A stretch of DNA of 47,035 nucleotides from Abditibacteriaceae bacterium (lineage in GTDB: Bacteria; Armatimonadota; Abditibacteriia; Abditibacteriales; Abditibacteriaceae), in the NCBI GenBank assembly GCA_031372065.1, contig JANMKN010000192.1:1-47035 (forward strand), given 5' to 3'. Shown here piece after piece: positions 27,803 through 37,941 of the stretch. The notes beneath the pieces were generated by a model. That model was not told the origin of the DNA, did not search any database, and worked only from the letters and a program-made list of their open reading frames with translations. The position numbers were made by a program, and so were the translations under genes. Numbering within the stretch: the stretch's first letter is position 1; each line of letters starts with the position of its first letter.

Positions 27803-28438
27803 ATGAAAAATGCTCAGTCGTTTTACCTCAAAACCATTGCTTGGACTTTAGGCTTAATTGTTGGCGGATTGTCTTTGGCGCTTGGCTGGCTTCCAGTGGT
27901 GGAGGCTTCAACAGAGCGTGTCCTCCAAACGTATATGAAATCGCGCATGGGAAAAATAGATTCAGCGGTCAAAGGCTATCATCAACAAAAACATATTTTT
28001 CCTCTCTCGTTGAACCAGCTTGATACTAATGGTTTGCGCTTCAACGTGGATAACAATGGCAATGTTATAGACATTTGGCATCACCCTATTCTTTACTCGG
28101 TAAAAGGTAACAACTACCGGATCATTTCTTTAGGGCGGGATGGGAAGCCTGGTGGCAATGGAGTGGATTGCGATTTGTCGAATGACGATCTCAATCCGAA
28201 TGACGACACAATAACCTTCAGCGAATTTCTCCTCAATCCAATGGCTATCAACACCTGTATGATTTGCTTTCTTGCCGGTTCGATTGCCGGTTATAGAAGT
28301 TGGCTCGCGCTGCGAGCGATAGAGTCCAGTCAGAAAAAGTCGCTGAAACTAATGCTCAGGTTATTCTATGTGGGCGTCTCAACTCTTTTTGTAGCGTATC
28401 CACTTCTTCTTCTCACTGCTGCTTTGCAAAGGCATTGA
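27803..28438 (+). CDS. Membrane protein with a GspG (T2SSG)-like C-terminal pseudopilin domain
   Basis: DIWHHPILY...YRIISLGRDGKPGGNGVDCDLSN resembles GspG DPWG-x-x-Y...SxGxDGxxGG; TM helices on both sides; visibly AT-richer than flanks. Confidence 0.7.
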   Translation: MKNAQSFYLKTIAWTLGLIVGGLSLALGWLPVVEASTERVLQTYMKSRMGKIDSAVKGYHQQKHIFPLSLNQLDTNGLRFNVDNNGNVIDIWHHPILYSVKGNNYRIISLGRDGKPGGNGVDCDLSNDDLNPNDDTITFSEFLLNPMAINTCMICFLAGSIAGYRSWLALRAIESSQKKSLKLMLRLFYVGVSTLFVAYPLLLLTAALQRH

Positions 28439-28581
28439 GGATTAAGACTCCAGCCGTAGAATTATCCTTTAGGGCGAGGTTTTTAATTCCCATTTTTTCA
28501 ACAATTTAGTATCATGTCTCTACAAAAAATATGGCCCTTCATCATAGCGATGAAGGGCCATTTGGCTGATAACAACAGCAG

Positions 28582-29250
28582 TTAAGCCGTTGGTGTGGTG
28601 GTCGTCTTGGATTGCGGCGCGGCTTCGATGTCGGAGGCTGACTTCCATTCTCGCAAGGTTTGCTCGTCGTCCTCGAAAACGTTTTTGACGATGGCGCCCA
28701 AAGAACGCACGGCGCGTAGTCCGAGGCGCAATTGCGTTTCAATGGCGGGTGTCGCGCCGCTGCTGCTCTGGTCGCCTTCGTCCTGCTTGTCTTCGGCGTC
28801 TTGCACGTCTTTCTTGGCCTTGGTTAAACGCGTCAGAAAGTCGGCTTTCATGCCGTAGGCCACGAAATGCTGCGCTACGGGCGTGGCCTTGAGGATGTAG
28901 TTTTGCGCGGCGGTCAGCCACGTTTGCAGGTTGCGCCCGGAGGGCAGGGGGAAGTCGTCGGCGATGTCGGGCAGGTCGTCATCGAAGTCAATGGCATCGG
29001 CGGTGTCGTGCATCCGTTTCATGATTTTATACATCCGCTCGAACGCTGCGCCACTGGCTATCACAGCGCCATGCGCCGTGTTGGAACTGCCTTGCTGTTG
29101 CGGCGATAGCTCGTCAATACGCGTCACGCTTTGCGTGACTTTGGTCAACCACATTTGCCCGGCTGTGGGCAAGTCATCACCGTGCGCGTCGCCAAAAACC
29201 AGCACGCCACGCAACATATTGAGCCGTCTCCGGCTGTAATCGTCCATCAT
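28582..29250 (-). CDS. Uncharacterised all-alpha protein (222 aa)
   Basis: AAAGGAG RBS before ATG 29250; amphipathic helices, FPLP, FVAYGMKADFL, IVKNVF...W. The track extension to 29400 runs into array C. Confidence 0.85.
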   Translation of the reverse strand: MMDDYSRRRLNMLRGVLVFGDAHGDDLPTAGQMWLTKVTQSVTRIDELSPQQQGSSNTAHGAVIASGAAFERMYKIMKRMHDTADAIDFDDDLPDIADDFPLPSGRNLQTWLTAAQNYILKATPVAQHFVAYGMKADFLTRLTKAKKDVQDAEDKQDEGDQSSSGATPAIETQLRLGLRAVRSLGAIVKNVFEDDEQTLREWKSASDIEAAPQSKTTTTPTA

Positions 29251-29333
29251 GCGCTCCTTTGTGATTACGGCAGAATGCAACGCCAGTATGACATATTTTA
29301 TAGTGCCAATTGCAAGGGGCGTTTTGCGCTTAT

Positions 29334-29601
29334 TTGACAGCCTTCGAGACGACATAAATGCCCACTGAGCAGGCGCAAATGCCCACCGAGCGCACGTCAA
29401 CGCGCACTTAGTTCGCCTGACGGCAACTTTGGCCTCTTGACAGCAACTTTGGCGGCTTGACGGCGCCTTAGACTATCTGAGAAGTGGGTTTAGGCGTTAC
29501 AAATGCCAACTGAGCCGTCTTGATAACAACTTTGCCGACTTGACGACAACTCAGACGACAAAAAAGCAGGATTTGTCCACTTGAAACGTAGATTTTGGCG
29601 T
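29334..29601. repeat. Degenerate 20/21-bp tandem array C
   Basis: TGACGGCAACTTTGGCCTCT, TGACAGCAACTTTGGCGGCT, TGATAACAACTTTGCCGACT, TGACGACAACTCAGACGACA (20-bp period); AAATGCCCAC(T/C)GAGC twice at 21-bp spacing. Confidence 0.8.
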
Positions 29602-29609
29602 CGGATCGT

Positions 29610-32600
29610 CTACTTAATTTCCCATTGGCCCCACAAATTTGGTGTCAGCATGGCTTCGGAGGGCACATCGGAGGTAATGCCTGTCGCTTTGTTGCTCCAA
29701 TAAATGCGCGCGGTGGTTTGGCCGTTGTTGCCGCGCAAAATACCGATGTCGCCTTGTAGGGTTTGGCCGTTTTGCGGCTGCAATTTCAGCGTCGCAAGGG
29801 GAATGGAAATCTCAAAGTTGCCGTCTTTGCCCGCCAGTTGCACTTGGTCGCTGACATCGTCCACTTTATCCAAAGTGATGGTGCGCCACGGCGAGGAAAA
29901 CGGCACGGCGTCTTTGGTGCCGGGCACAACCGCGCGATAAAGCAACGCCTTCGTTTTGCCTTTCACTTGTGTGATAAGCAGGCGCATATCGCCTTCGACG
30001 GGCTGGGCGCGCTTCGGGTCGGCGTTTGGGTTGGCGGCAATCATTAAATCTAAGGCGCCGCCGGTTTTGAAAAGGGCATTGGGCGATTCGCCGGTGTTAC
30101 TTAGCAAATCTTTATCGCCGGTTTGCCACGCCGCGAATAATTTATCGCCCGCGATGGCAACCGCGCCCGTTACGTTATACGGTTTGGAATTGGAATTAAA
30201 ATTCGCCGCCATGCCGCGCTTGTCAATGTCGGCCCACGACGCATTGTTCCACTCGCTCAAATCGCCGTCCACTTGCGGCGCATTTTGGCGCAGTGCAACT
30301 AACAAGGTGCCGCGTCCTTGCGTGGCTTGGCGCGCGGCTTCGCTTTGCACGAAGTAGTTTTGCGCCGCCGTTAAATCGTCTTTGGTAAGGCGCAAAGTTT
30401 GGTCGGGCAGGCGCTTGATATTTTCCAAACCTTCGAGGCGCACAAGGCTGGTGCGGGCACCGTCCACGACGTAAATTTGGCCGTCTTGCGTTTGCGTGAT
30501 GGTCGGCCAAAAGTTTTCGTCGTGCAGCGAAAGGCCGTTCAATTTCATGCCGCGCTTGGCGATGGGCATAGCCCACAAAGGCGCGCCGCGCACGTCTTCA
30601 AAAAGCTGATCTACAAAAAGGCCGTCCTGCGTCAGCAAATACATATTGCCCATGTTGCCGTTGAGTGCCCACAATGGCCCGGCTTCGCCTTTGGGCGTGA
30701 CGATGTGGCCCAGCAGCCGCGTCGGGCCGATAATTTCGCCGGGAAAAGTCCGCTGCGCTGCTTCGTGCGAGGGATGCAAACCCGGCCACAAGTTTGGATA
30801 GCTCCAAAGCGCGACGCCGTTTTTGGTGCCGCCGATGCTGTATTGCGAATAAGGCTGCGGCGGCGGGTAGTGCAGCGTCCAACCATTCGTGCCGGCGATG
30901 GCTTGCCCGCCGCCCGATGAATTTTCGCCCTGCGCGCCGCTTGCCAAAACTTCGCCAGCTTTTAAATCGTAGATTGGTGCGCCTTGCGCTGTATATTTTT
31001 GCACGGCGTAGCGCATGGTTTTGTCGTCCACACGCGACACGATAAAAGCGCCATCCGGCATCATGGTCACGCCGCTGGTTTGTGCTTTTTGAAACGTCAC
31101 TTCTTCGGCGTCGGGTTCGCCGTTGCCATTCAAATCACTCCATGCAAAAAGCAGTGGATTGCGTCGGAATTCGTTGGCATCCACGCCCTGCGGCCAGCGC
31201 GTTTTGAAAGTGGGTTCTTCAAATAATTTGATGTCGCGCGTCGAACCCAAAGCGGCGACAGGCACGGCCAAATTATCGCGCAGCAACCATAACTGGCACA
31301 CTTGCGCGCCGTTGGTGGGGCTGGAACTGAAAGCGTTGGTCATATATTGGCGCCCGGCCAAATAAATCGGGTCTTGCGGCCCAGCGAAAAAGTGGGCATC
31401 TTCAAACGGGTCGCGCTTTTCGGGACGCAAAAATACATTCACCAGTTGGTCGGTGCCTTTGTTCCAATCAAGGCGAAATTCCAAGCCGCCGCCATGTTCA
31501 TCGGCATAATAAAAACGCGTTTTATCGCGCGGATCGAGCTTGCCGCCGCCGCCATAATGCGCCGGGCCGTAAAAGGCTTTCCACAAGGTGCCGTCGCTGT
31601 TCCACACGCTCACGCGCTTGGGCAAAAAGTCTTCTTCGGCCACCCAAATTCGATTATTTTCATCAACTGTCACGCCGCGCGGATTGTTCATGTGCAGCAC
31701 ATCATACGGCCCCGCTTTGGGCGCGCCCGCTTTGCCGATGGCGCGCAAAAACTTTCCTTCGGGCGAAAATACTTTCACTTGATGACTGTTGCCGCGATCA
31801 GAAATGTAAATGTTGCCTGCGGCATCAAGCGCCAAGCCTTGCGCATCTTCGAGGCCGCTTTTAATGACGATCATAGGCAGTGACGTTCTCGTTAGATCGT
31901 TGCTGCTAAGTGCGAATCGCGAATATTGATTTTTTGACAGCACAAGCAAATGTCCCCATTTATCGAAAGCAAGGCCGCGCGCATCGTCCAACGGTGCAGC
32001 GTCCAATACTTTGCCTTCTTTGGCGTTCACGAAAAGCAGTTGCTTTTGCCCGGAAAGGCTCACGACGATAATTCCATCGCGCGCTGCGAGGCCACTGATT
32101 TCCTGCATCATATTTTTGGAATCAGCGGGTTTGAATTCGTATTTTACGACAGATTTCTCGCCATTTTTGGTGATGGCCGTCAAGCGCAATTCAGCGGTAT
32201 CGGGGCCTTTTGCTGATTCCCAAACCGCCGCGACATAAAGCACATGATCGACAATGGCATTTGGCCCATCATCGCGCGCCATGTAAGGCGCTCCCGTCCA
32301 TGCGCCACCGACGTGACCAAGCCCGCCCTGCTTGCGGCCTTCCAAATCAACCCACGCCAAACCCGCGCCACCTTCGGCGACGTAGCTGCCCAAATAAACC
32401 AGCGGTTTGCCCGTCGGCGTTTTCGTCGCGGGCACAAAAAGCGCGGCTGAAGGGGGCGTATGATTTGTCAGCCAGCCGCCGCTTTTATCGGCGGTTTCCC
32501 ACGCCGGATTTCCGGCGTTGTAAACGGACATTTCATAGCGCAAATTGATTTCGGGATGCATCAAGCCGCGCACGCGATAATCGCCCGGCAAAACGAAGGT

Positions 32601-33920
32601 GCCGGGCACATGATATAACCCGTGACGCGCCGCATCGGTATCGCGGCCCAAGTCGTCCATGCCGTCCCACCACGCCGTATTTTGCCCGGCGGGAAAGGGC
32701 GTGTTAGAAACTAAATTGCGCACGCGCGCGCCGTTTTTATCTTCGATCACTAAGGTGACAAAGCCCGCTTCGCGCAGTATGAATTTAATGGCAATCGGCG
32801 GATGTGATTCGTTTTTTACAACCGGCAAAAGCGCGGTTTGCAGCGGCGCATTGTCCAAGGGCTGCAACGCCAAAAGCTCGCCCAGCCACACGCGCTTGCC
32901 GCCGCTCGGTTTGTTGCGCACATGATCGTGGTCGGAAGTTGTTGGTTGTGTAATTCGGACACGAAGTGCGCGTGTGCTGTAGGTTTCGCCGAAATCAATC
33001 CAGTTGACGCCCAGACGCAGCGGATACCAGTTGTTGAGATTTTTTGCCGTAGTGATTGTTTTCCAATCGTCTTCTTTGGCTTCGTGTGGATGCTTGCTGG
33101 CCGCGCCGTTATAAACCTGAATTTGTGCCCCGGCAAAGCCGGCCCACAACGCGTTTAACCCGCGCAAATTCACCGGCGCAGGCCACATTAAAATCAGGGA
33201 TTCGGGATTGGTCTCCGAAACAATTTGCGCGCCGCCCTCGTTGCCATTATCCCAAGCGCTCCATGTGCCGTCGTTGCTTTCGTTATTGATTAGTGCAGCG
33301 GCTTCGTTGCGCTTGCTGGCTGTCGCAATCGCTTGCGGTGCGAGGTTGGCAAAGCGCTGCGCCAACACATAAACCCCGCCTAAAAGACCGGCGTAAGATT
33401 TATCGTTAAGCTGCGCCGTGTGCGTGAAGCGCAAGGCGCGCGTGGAAATAACCGCAGGAAAAACCCAGACACTATAACTTTCTTCATCGCCCGCTGCGCT
33501 GTTGATCTTGCCGTTGCTAATGCGCTCGGCACTCAGCCACTGCGCGGGGTTTCCCATGTCGCCAAAAGCGGCAGCGTTGTCTTTAAGGGCGCTGACGCGC
33601 ACATCGCCACGCACTAAAACCGAGCCAACTGGCACCGCATTTTTGAAACCGATGCGCGCATGGCGCTCGCCCGGCGTTTTGGAATCGCCGAAAGTCAGAC
33701 CTTGCCATTCGACGCGCGTATTTTGTGTCCAAATAAGGTCTTGCGCGCCTTTTTGCAGCAAATTCTCACGCGTTTCACGGCCATCGACCCAAACCGCCAA
33801 GGCTTCGGGCGCTAAATCCTCGCTTTTCAGCGGCGTTTGAAACGCGCCGCGCTCTTGTGAAAAAGCGGGCAGGCAAACCGTGACCAAAGCGAACAAAATC
33901 GCGCGTTGAAAAAATTTCAT
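29610..33920 (-). CDS. Large secreted protein: discoidin-like domains, FlgD-Ig-like, NHL/beta-propeller, CBM9/DOMON-like C-terminus
   Basis: AGGAG RBS and ATG 33920 (MKFFQRAILFALV); VTLVIEDKNGARVRNL...WDGMDDLG; GLALDAAGNIYISD; PQVDGDLSEW. Confidence 0.85.
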   Translation of the reverse strand: MKFFQRAILFALVTVCLPAFSQERGAFQTPLKSEDLAPEALAVWVDGRETRENLLQKGAQDLIWTQNTRVEWQGLTFGDSKTPGERHARIGFKNAVPVGSVLVRGDVRVSALKDNAAAFGDMGNPAQWLSAERISNGKINSAAGDEESYSVWVFPAVISTRALRFTHTAQLNDKSYAGLLGGVYVLAQRFANLAPQAIATASKRNEAAALINNESNDGTWSAWDNGNEGGAQIVSETNPESLILMWPAPVNLRGLNALWAGFAGAQIQVYNGAASKHPHEAKEDDWKTITTAKNLNNWYPLRLGVNWIDFGETYSTRALRVRITQPTTSDHDHVRNKPSGGKRVWLGELLALQPLDNAPLQTALLPVVKNESHPPIAIKFILREAGFVTLVIEDKNGARVRNLVSNTPFPAGQNTAWWDGMDDLGRDTDAARHGLYHVPGTFVLPGDYRVRGLMHPEINLRYEMSVYNAGNPAWETADKSGGWLTNHTPPSAALFVPATKTPTGKPLVYLGSYVAEGGAGLAWVDLEGRKQGGLGHVGGAWTGAPYMARDDGPNAIVDHVLYVAAVWESAKGPDTAELRLTAITKNGEKSVVKYEFKPADSKNMMQEISGLAARDGIIVVSLSGQKQLLFVNAKEGKVLDAAPLDDARGLAFDKWGHLLVLSKNQYSRFALSSNDLTRTSLPMIVIKSGLEDAQGLALDAAGNIYISDRGNSHQVKVFSPEGKFLRAIGKAGAPKAGPYDVLHMNNPRGVTVDENNRIWVAEEDFLPKRVSVWNSDGTLWKAFYGPAHYGGGGKLDPRDKTRFYYADEHGGGLEFRLDWNKGTDQLVNVFLRPEKRDPFEDAHFFAGPQDPIYLAGRQYMTNAFSSSPTNGAQVCQLWLLRDNLAVPVAALGSTRDIKLFEEPTFKTRWPQGVDANEFRRNPLLFAWSDLNGNGEPDAEEVTFQKAQTSGVTMMPDGAFIVSRVDDKTMRYAVQKYTAQGAPIYDLKAGEVLASGAQGENSSGGGQAIAGTNGWTLHYPPPQPYSQYSIGGTKNGVALWSYPNLWPGLHPSHEAAQRTFPGEIIGPTRLLGHIVTPKGEAGPLWALNGNMGNMYLLTQDGLFVDQLFEDVRGAPLWAMPIAKRGMKLNGLSLHDENFWPTITQTQDGQIYVVDGARTSLVRLEGLENIKRLPDQTLRLTKDDLTAAQNYFVQSEAARQATQGRGTLLVALRQNAPQVDGDLSEWNNASWADIDKRGMAANFNSNSKPYNVTGAVAIAGDKLFAAWQTGDKDLLSNTGESPNALFKTGGALDLMIAANPNADPKRAQPVEGDMRLLITQVKGKTKALLYRAVVPGTKDAVPFSSPWRTITLDKVDDVSDQVQLAGKDGNFEISIPLATLKLQPQNGQTLQGDIGILRGNNGQTTARIYWSNKATGITSDVPSEAMLTPNLWGQWEIK

Positions 33921-33936
33921 GTTGACTCCTACAATA

Positions 33937-33993
33937 ACCCCATCCCCAGCCCTTCCCCTTTGCCGTTTCAAGGGGAAGGGTTGGGGATGGGGT
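33937..33993. repeat. C-rich/G-rich palindromic intergenic element
   Basis: ACCCCATCCCCAGCCCTTCCCCTT, 9-nt loop, AAGGGGAAGGGTTGGGGATGGGGT; 24-bp stem with one wobble. Confidence 0.85.
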
Positions 33994-34002
33994 GTCGTTC
34001 TC

Positions 34003-37000
34003 TCACTCAAATTTCCAGTCGCCCCACGACTGCGGATACAGCCACGCTTCGAGCGGTTCATCGTTGACTAAATTGGTTTGCGTGTTCGACCAATAAGTGC
34101 GCGCCGTGTTGATAAGACCGGCGGCATCGGACGAAATGAAACCGACATCGCCGCGCACGCTTTGCCCTCCTTGCGGGGCCACGCCGATGTCTTTTAACGG
34201 CAAGGCGGCTTCGATGCGATAAAGGTTGCCTTGCTTTTTCACAACCACTTGCGCGCCCGTCAAGATTTCGACGCGCCCAAAATTTTTGGTGCCGACCGGC
34301 GAGGTATAACTTTTGGCTGCCCCGCTTTTCTCCAGCGGCGCCATGAGAACCGCGACAGGTTTGCCGTTTAATTGGGCAATCACGATGCGCTTATCGCCAA
34401 GCTGCGGGTCGTTGTGCGCTTTGCCGCCATTGCCGATTTGAATGTCCACGGCATCGCCGGTTTTGAAAAGGCGCGCGAAATCTTTGCCTTGGTTAAGCCA
34501 CGGCGTCGGGTCTTGCACTTCAAAGAAGGCATACAGATTGGTGGCATCGAAAGCGAGTTGCACCTTAGCGTTATCGGGCTGGCCGGTTCGCGCTATGGGC
34601 ATTTCCGGCACGTCTTTCCACTCGTCGTTTTCGCCGTTGATAACGGGCGCATTTGCCACGCGTTTGATGGTGTAAGTTTTCGCAATGGCTGCTTTTTGAT
34701 TGCGCGCCGTGTTGTCGGAAACGGCCTGCGCCAGTTGCGCGCCGCTAACTTTTAGAGTGCCACCTTCAAAGCGTTGAATGGTGTCCAAACCTTTGATTTC
34801 GAGAATCATTCCGGCCTCGCGCGCCATGCCGGTTGTCAGGCGAATTTTGCCGTCGTTTTGCTTGCCGAACCAACCGTTAAAAGGCTCGCCGCCTTCGCTA
34901 AAGCCTTCCATTGGCATCCCGCGCAGTTGTTCTTCGTTGGAGGGCAAGGCTTCGCCCGGCAAGCGGCCATCTTGAAACAACGCGCCGACAAAAAAGCCGT
35001 CGGTTGTCATTAAAAAGTCCTGCCCCAAATTGCCGCGCATCAAAAATACATTGCCAATGGCGTCGTTAATTTTGGCCACACCGCAGGTTTTGAGCGGGCC
35101 AACCAAAAGGCCCGGTTTGGGCATGGTGGCGTTGTGCGAACCATGCACGCCGGGAAACGGGTTCGGATAATACCATTGAACGGAGTTAGTTTTTAAATCA
35201 ATGGACGTTAATTTTGTCGGCCCGGCATAGCCATCCCAACTCAGGCAAATCAAGCGATCTTCGCCGGCAACCGGAACAAGGTCGCCGTTATCTTTAATGC
35301 CCAAATCGCTTTGGCCTGCCAGTCCATAAACCGGCGCGCCATCGGCTGTAAAACGCAGCGGGCGGTAACGGGTTAAACCATCGGCATAAATGCTAAAATC
35401 ATCGCCGATGCGCCCGCCCCAGCCGTTGTTAATTGGCAAAGCGGCCCTGCCGCCTCTGGTTTCGGTTCCGGCTTGCGCGGCGGGCACAATTTCGCATTCC
35501 ATGCGCTGCACTTTGCCATCGCCGTTTTGGTCATTCCAAATAATGCCGTCATAAGCATTAAGCCCAGCCAATTCGCCAGATGGTTGATACTTCACTTTGC
35601 CGCCGTTATGCTCGGTTTCGCCCGAAATGTGCAACGCCAAACAAATGGCCGCGACAGGCTGCCATTGACCGGCTTTTTCCATGAAAACCACATTGCCGGT
35701 GCCCGATTCGACATCGGGATCGTGCGCAAACATATATTCATGTGCTTGGCCGTTGATGGTGCGCGTAAAGCGCTGCGGAATGACATTGCTGGCCGTTGCG
35801 ATACCAAACGACTCGCCGCGCGTTTTGTCCGGCACCCACAGCACGCTTTGCAATTTCCATGTGCGATTTTTCTTGTCGAGCGCAAATTCCAGCGGCCCGC
35901 AATAAGCCAAATTCGCGTTTTGTTCATGCAAATAACACGAAGCGCCCGCATAGCCTGTGTTGCCCAAATAATCGCGCACGAGTCCATTACGATTCCACAC
36001 CGCCACGCGGCGCGGATAATCCCAACTTTCTACCGTCCAAACTTGATTTTTTGAGTCAACGGCCACCGAACTGAGATGCGAAAGCGCATTGAGATCATAA
36101 GCGCCGCGAATGGCGCGCCCGCCTTTGGTGCCGATGGTGTAAGTTGGCACTCCGTTGGGCGTAAAGGCCTTGATTTGGCTGTCTTTTCCAGCATCAGCAA
36201 TGAGTAAATTGCCGTCGCCATCAATAGATAATGCGACAGGTTTCTCGATGGTGGCAATTGTCGTTGCCGCGCCGTTTTGCAAATTGATTTCACAGGCTTT
36301 GTCGCCCAGCAAAGCGAATAATTTCCCGTTGCGATTAAAGGCTAATGATGTGGCATCCTGCGCATTGAACTGGTTGAGAACTTTGGCCGAAGTCGCGTCT
36401 AAAATCGCAATTTTTCCAGTGCCAAGCGACAGCGCGATTTTGCCGCCTTGCGCGGCGATGCTGTTGATTTCGCCGGAGTTTTCAATGCCTAAAATTTCTT
36501 TGAGTGGCAAGTCGAACGTGCGCTCTTTGCCGTCAAGGACAAACGGTTTTGTCGCGCCAGTTTTTAGGTCGAAGCGGCACAGCGTTTCGTTAACATACCA
36601 ACCCGTCACATAAGCGTAAGCATACTTTTCATCGGCGGCCACTTTGGAAACGCCGCGCCTGTCGGCCCAGCGCTTTTGGCCTGCCCTGTCAAGGCCAATG
36701 ATGCCGCTGCCGCCTTCGGCAAAGGGCCAAGTCACAATTGTCCAATCGCTGCCGCAGGCCACATTATTAGGGGCCGAATGGTCGGCGCCCCAACCGCCGT
36801 TTTGATTGGCTGTCGGCCACGGCGGTGTGCCGGGATTATAAAAGCACATTTCATATTCGGCGCCCAGCCCGCGATGCGTCAGGCCGCGCACGCGATAAGT
36901 GCCTGGCGCGGCTAATTTACCGCGATCATCCAAGCCATCCCATTTTACTTCCACGCTGCGCGTTTTGCCTTTTGAGGCAACGGCGTAGTCGGACGGATTG

Positions 37001-37932
37001 GCATCGGCGACTAATGTGCGAATGCGATTGCCTTTTTCATTTTCGAGAACAACCGTGAAACGCGCCGCCTCGATTGGCAAATTGACGCGTAGCGGGATGC
37101 TGCCTTCGACACGCGCATCGTCGCTGATATATTGGCGCGGCGCGATGTTTCCTTTACCGACAAGGCGCGCATCGCCCCACGAATCGCGCGCCGACCAATA
37201 AAACTCGCGCGAGGTTTTGCCCGGCTGCATATTATCGGCGTAGCGATGCGAGGGAAAAGTTTTGCCCGAAGGGTCACTCCACAAAAATTCGCTGCCCAAA
37301 CGAAACGTCAGATTCGGCGCGATAGTGGGCACCGTTTTGTAGAGCATCTTCCACGGAATTTTAATCTCCTGCACGAAGCCGTTTTTTTCGGGATTCGCGC
37401 GATAAAACATCTGCGCGCCCTGCCCCAAATCGCTGCCGCCTTCGGGCGCTACCAGCAAAGTAACATCTTGCCCGTCGCGTTCATTGTCCGGGTTTTTCCA
37501 GCGCGCAATGTGCAAAACCGGCTGTTTTTTTGTGGTGTAAAACCATGTCGTAATCCACAGTGGATGGTCGGTAAGAACCCGCATTTGCCATGCGTCTTCT
37601 TTCCAGCCTTCGTCGGGATTGTTGGCCGGATCAATCAAGCTAAACATCGGCGTCGGGTCTTTCCATTTCGCTGCGAGATACAAGTTTTCCTTGTCCCACA
37701 TCGCGGCGGTTTCAACTGAATAGCGCTCGCGCACGGCGCTATCGGCAAACACCCAAATGCGCCCCGAAAAATCCCACTCTTTCAAGTCGCCGTCAATTGT
37801 CACCGCGCCCGGCGCGGGCACTACAACCAGGCCCTCATTCTGACTTTGCCGCCCGATCATGTTCTCGGCAGCGTGCGATGAAAGCGCACACAACAAAACG
37901 GCGCCTATGCTCAAACTTTTGAAACTTTTCAT
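34003..37932 (-). CDS. Large secreted protein: CBM9-like, FlgD-Ig-like, beta-propeller, CBM9-like
   Basis: Signal peptide; VTIDGDLKEW...MWDKENLYLA; WDGLDDRGKLAAPGTYRVRGL; PVINGENDEW...FDATNLY. Confidence 0.85.
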   Translation of the reverse strand: MKSFKSLSIGAVLLCALSSHAAENMIGRQSQNEGLVVVPAPGAVTIDGDLKEWDFSGRIWVFADSAVRERYSVETAAMWDKENLYLAAKWKDPTPMFSLIDPANNPDEGWKEDAWQMRVLTDHPLWITTWFYTTKKQPVLHIARWKNPDNERDGQDVTLLVAPEGGSDLGQGAQMFYRANPEKNGFVQEIKIPWKMLYKTVPTIAPNLTFRLGSEFLWSDPSGKTFPSHRYADNMQPGKTSREFYWSARDSWGDARLVGKGNIAPRQYISDDARVEGSIPLRVNLPIEAARFTVVLENEKGNRIRTLVADANPSDYAVASKGKTRSVEVKWDGLDDRGKLAAPGTYRVRGLTHRGLGAEYEMCFYNPGTPPWPTANQNGGWGADHSAPNNVACGSDWTIVTWPFAEGGSGIIGLDRAGQKRWADRRGVSKVAADEKYAYAYVTGWYVNETLCRFDLKTGATKPFVLDGKERTFDLPLKEILGIENSGEINSIAAQGGKIALSLGTGKIAILDATSAKVLNQFNAQDATSLAFNRNGKLFALLGDKACEINLQNGAATTIATIEKPVALSIDGDGNLLIADAGKDSQIKAFTPNGVPTYTIGTKGGRAIRGAYDLNALSHLSSVAVDSKNQVWTVESWDYPRRVAVWNRNGLVRDYLGNTGYAGASCYLHEQNANLAYCGPLEFALDKKNRTWKLQSVLWVPDKTRGESFGIATASNVIPQRFTRTINGQAHEYMFAHDPDVESGTGNVVFMEKAGQWQPVAAICLALHISGETEHNGGKVKYQPSGELAGLNAYDGIIWNDQNGDGKVQRMECEIVPAAQAGTETRGGRAALPINNGWGGRIGDDFSIYADGLTRYRPLRFTADGAPVYGLAGQSDLGIKDNGDLVPVAGEDRLICLSWDGYAGPTKLTSIDLKTNSVQWYYPNPFPGVHGSHNATMPKPGLLVGPLKTCGVAKINDAIGNVFLMRGNLGQDFLMTTDGFFVGALFQDGRLPGEALPSNEEQLRGMPMEGFSEGGEPFNGWFGKQNDGKIRLTTGMAREAGMILEIKGLDTIQRFEGGTLKVSGAQLAQAVSDNTARNQKAAIAKTYTIKRVANAPVINGENDEWKDVPEMPIARTGQPDNAKVQLAFDATNLYAFFEVQDPTPWLNQGKDFARLFKTGDAVDIQIGNGGKAHNDPQLGDKRIVIAQLNGKPVAVLMAPLEKSGAAKSYTSPVGTKNFGRVEILTGAQVVVKKQGNLYRIEAALPLKDIGVAPQGGQSVRGDVGFISSDAAGLINTARTYWSNTQTNLVNDEPLEAWLYPQSWGDWKFE

Positions 37933-37941
37933 AAAAACCTT

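Noticed and set aside
29251..29400. N-terminal extension of the 272-aa ORF
   Set aside because: Runs through the promoter and array C; the RBS supports ATG 29250.
33921..34061. N-terminal extension of the 1483-aa ORF
   Set aside because: It overlaps the upstream gene and crosses the palindrome; ATG 33920 has an RBS and starts a signal peptide.
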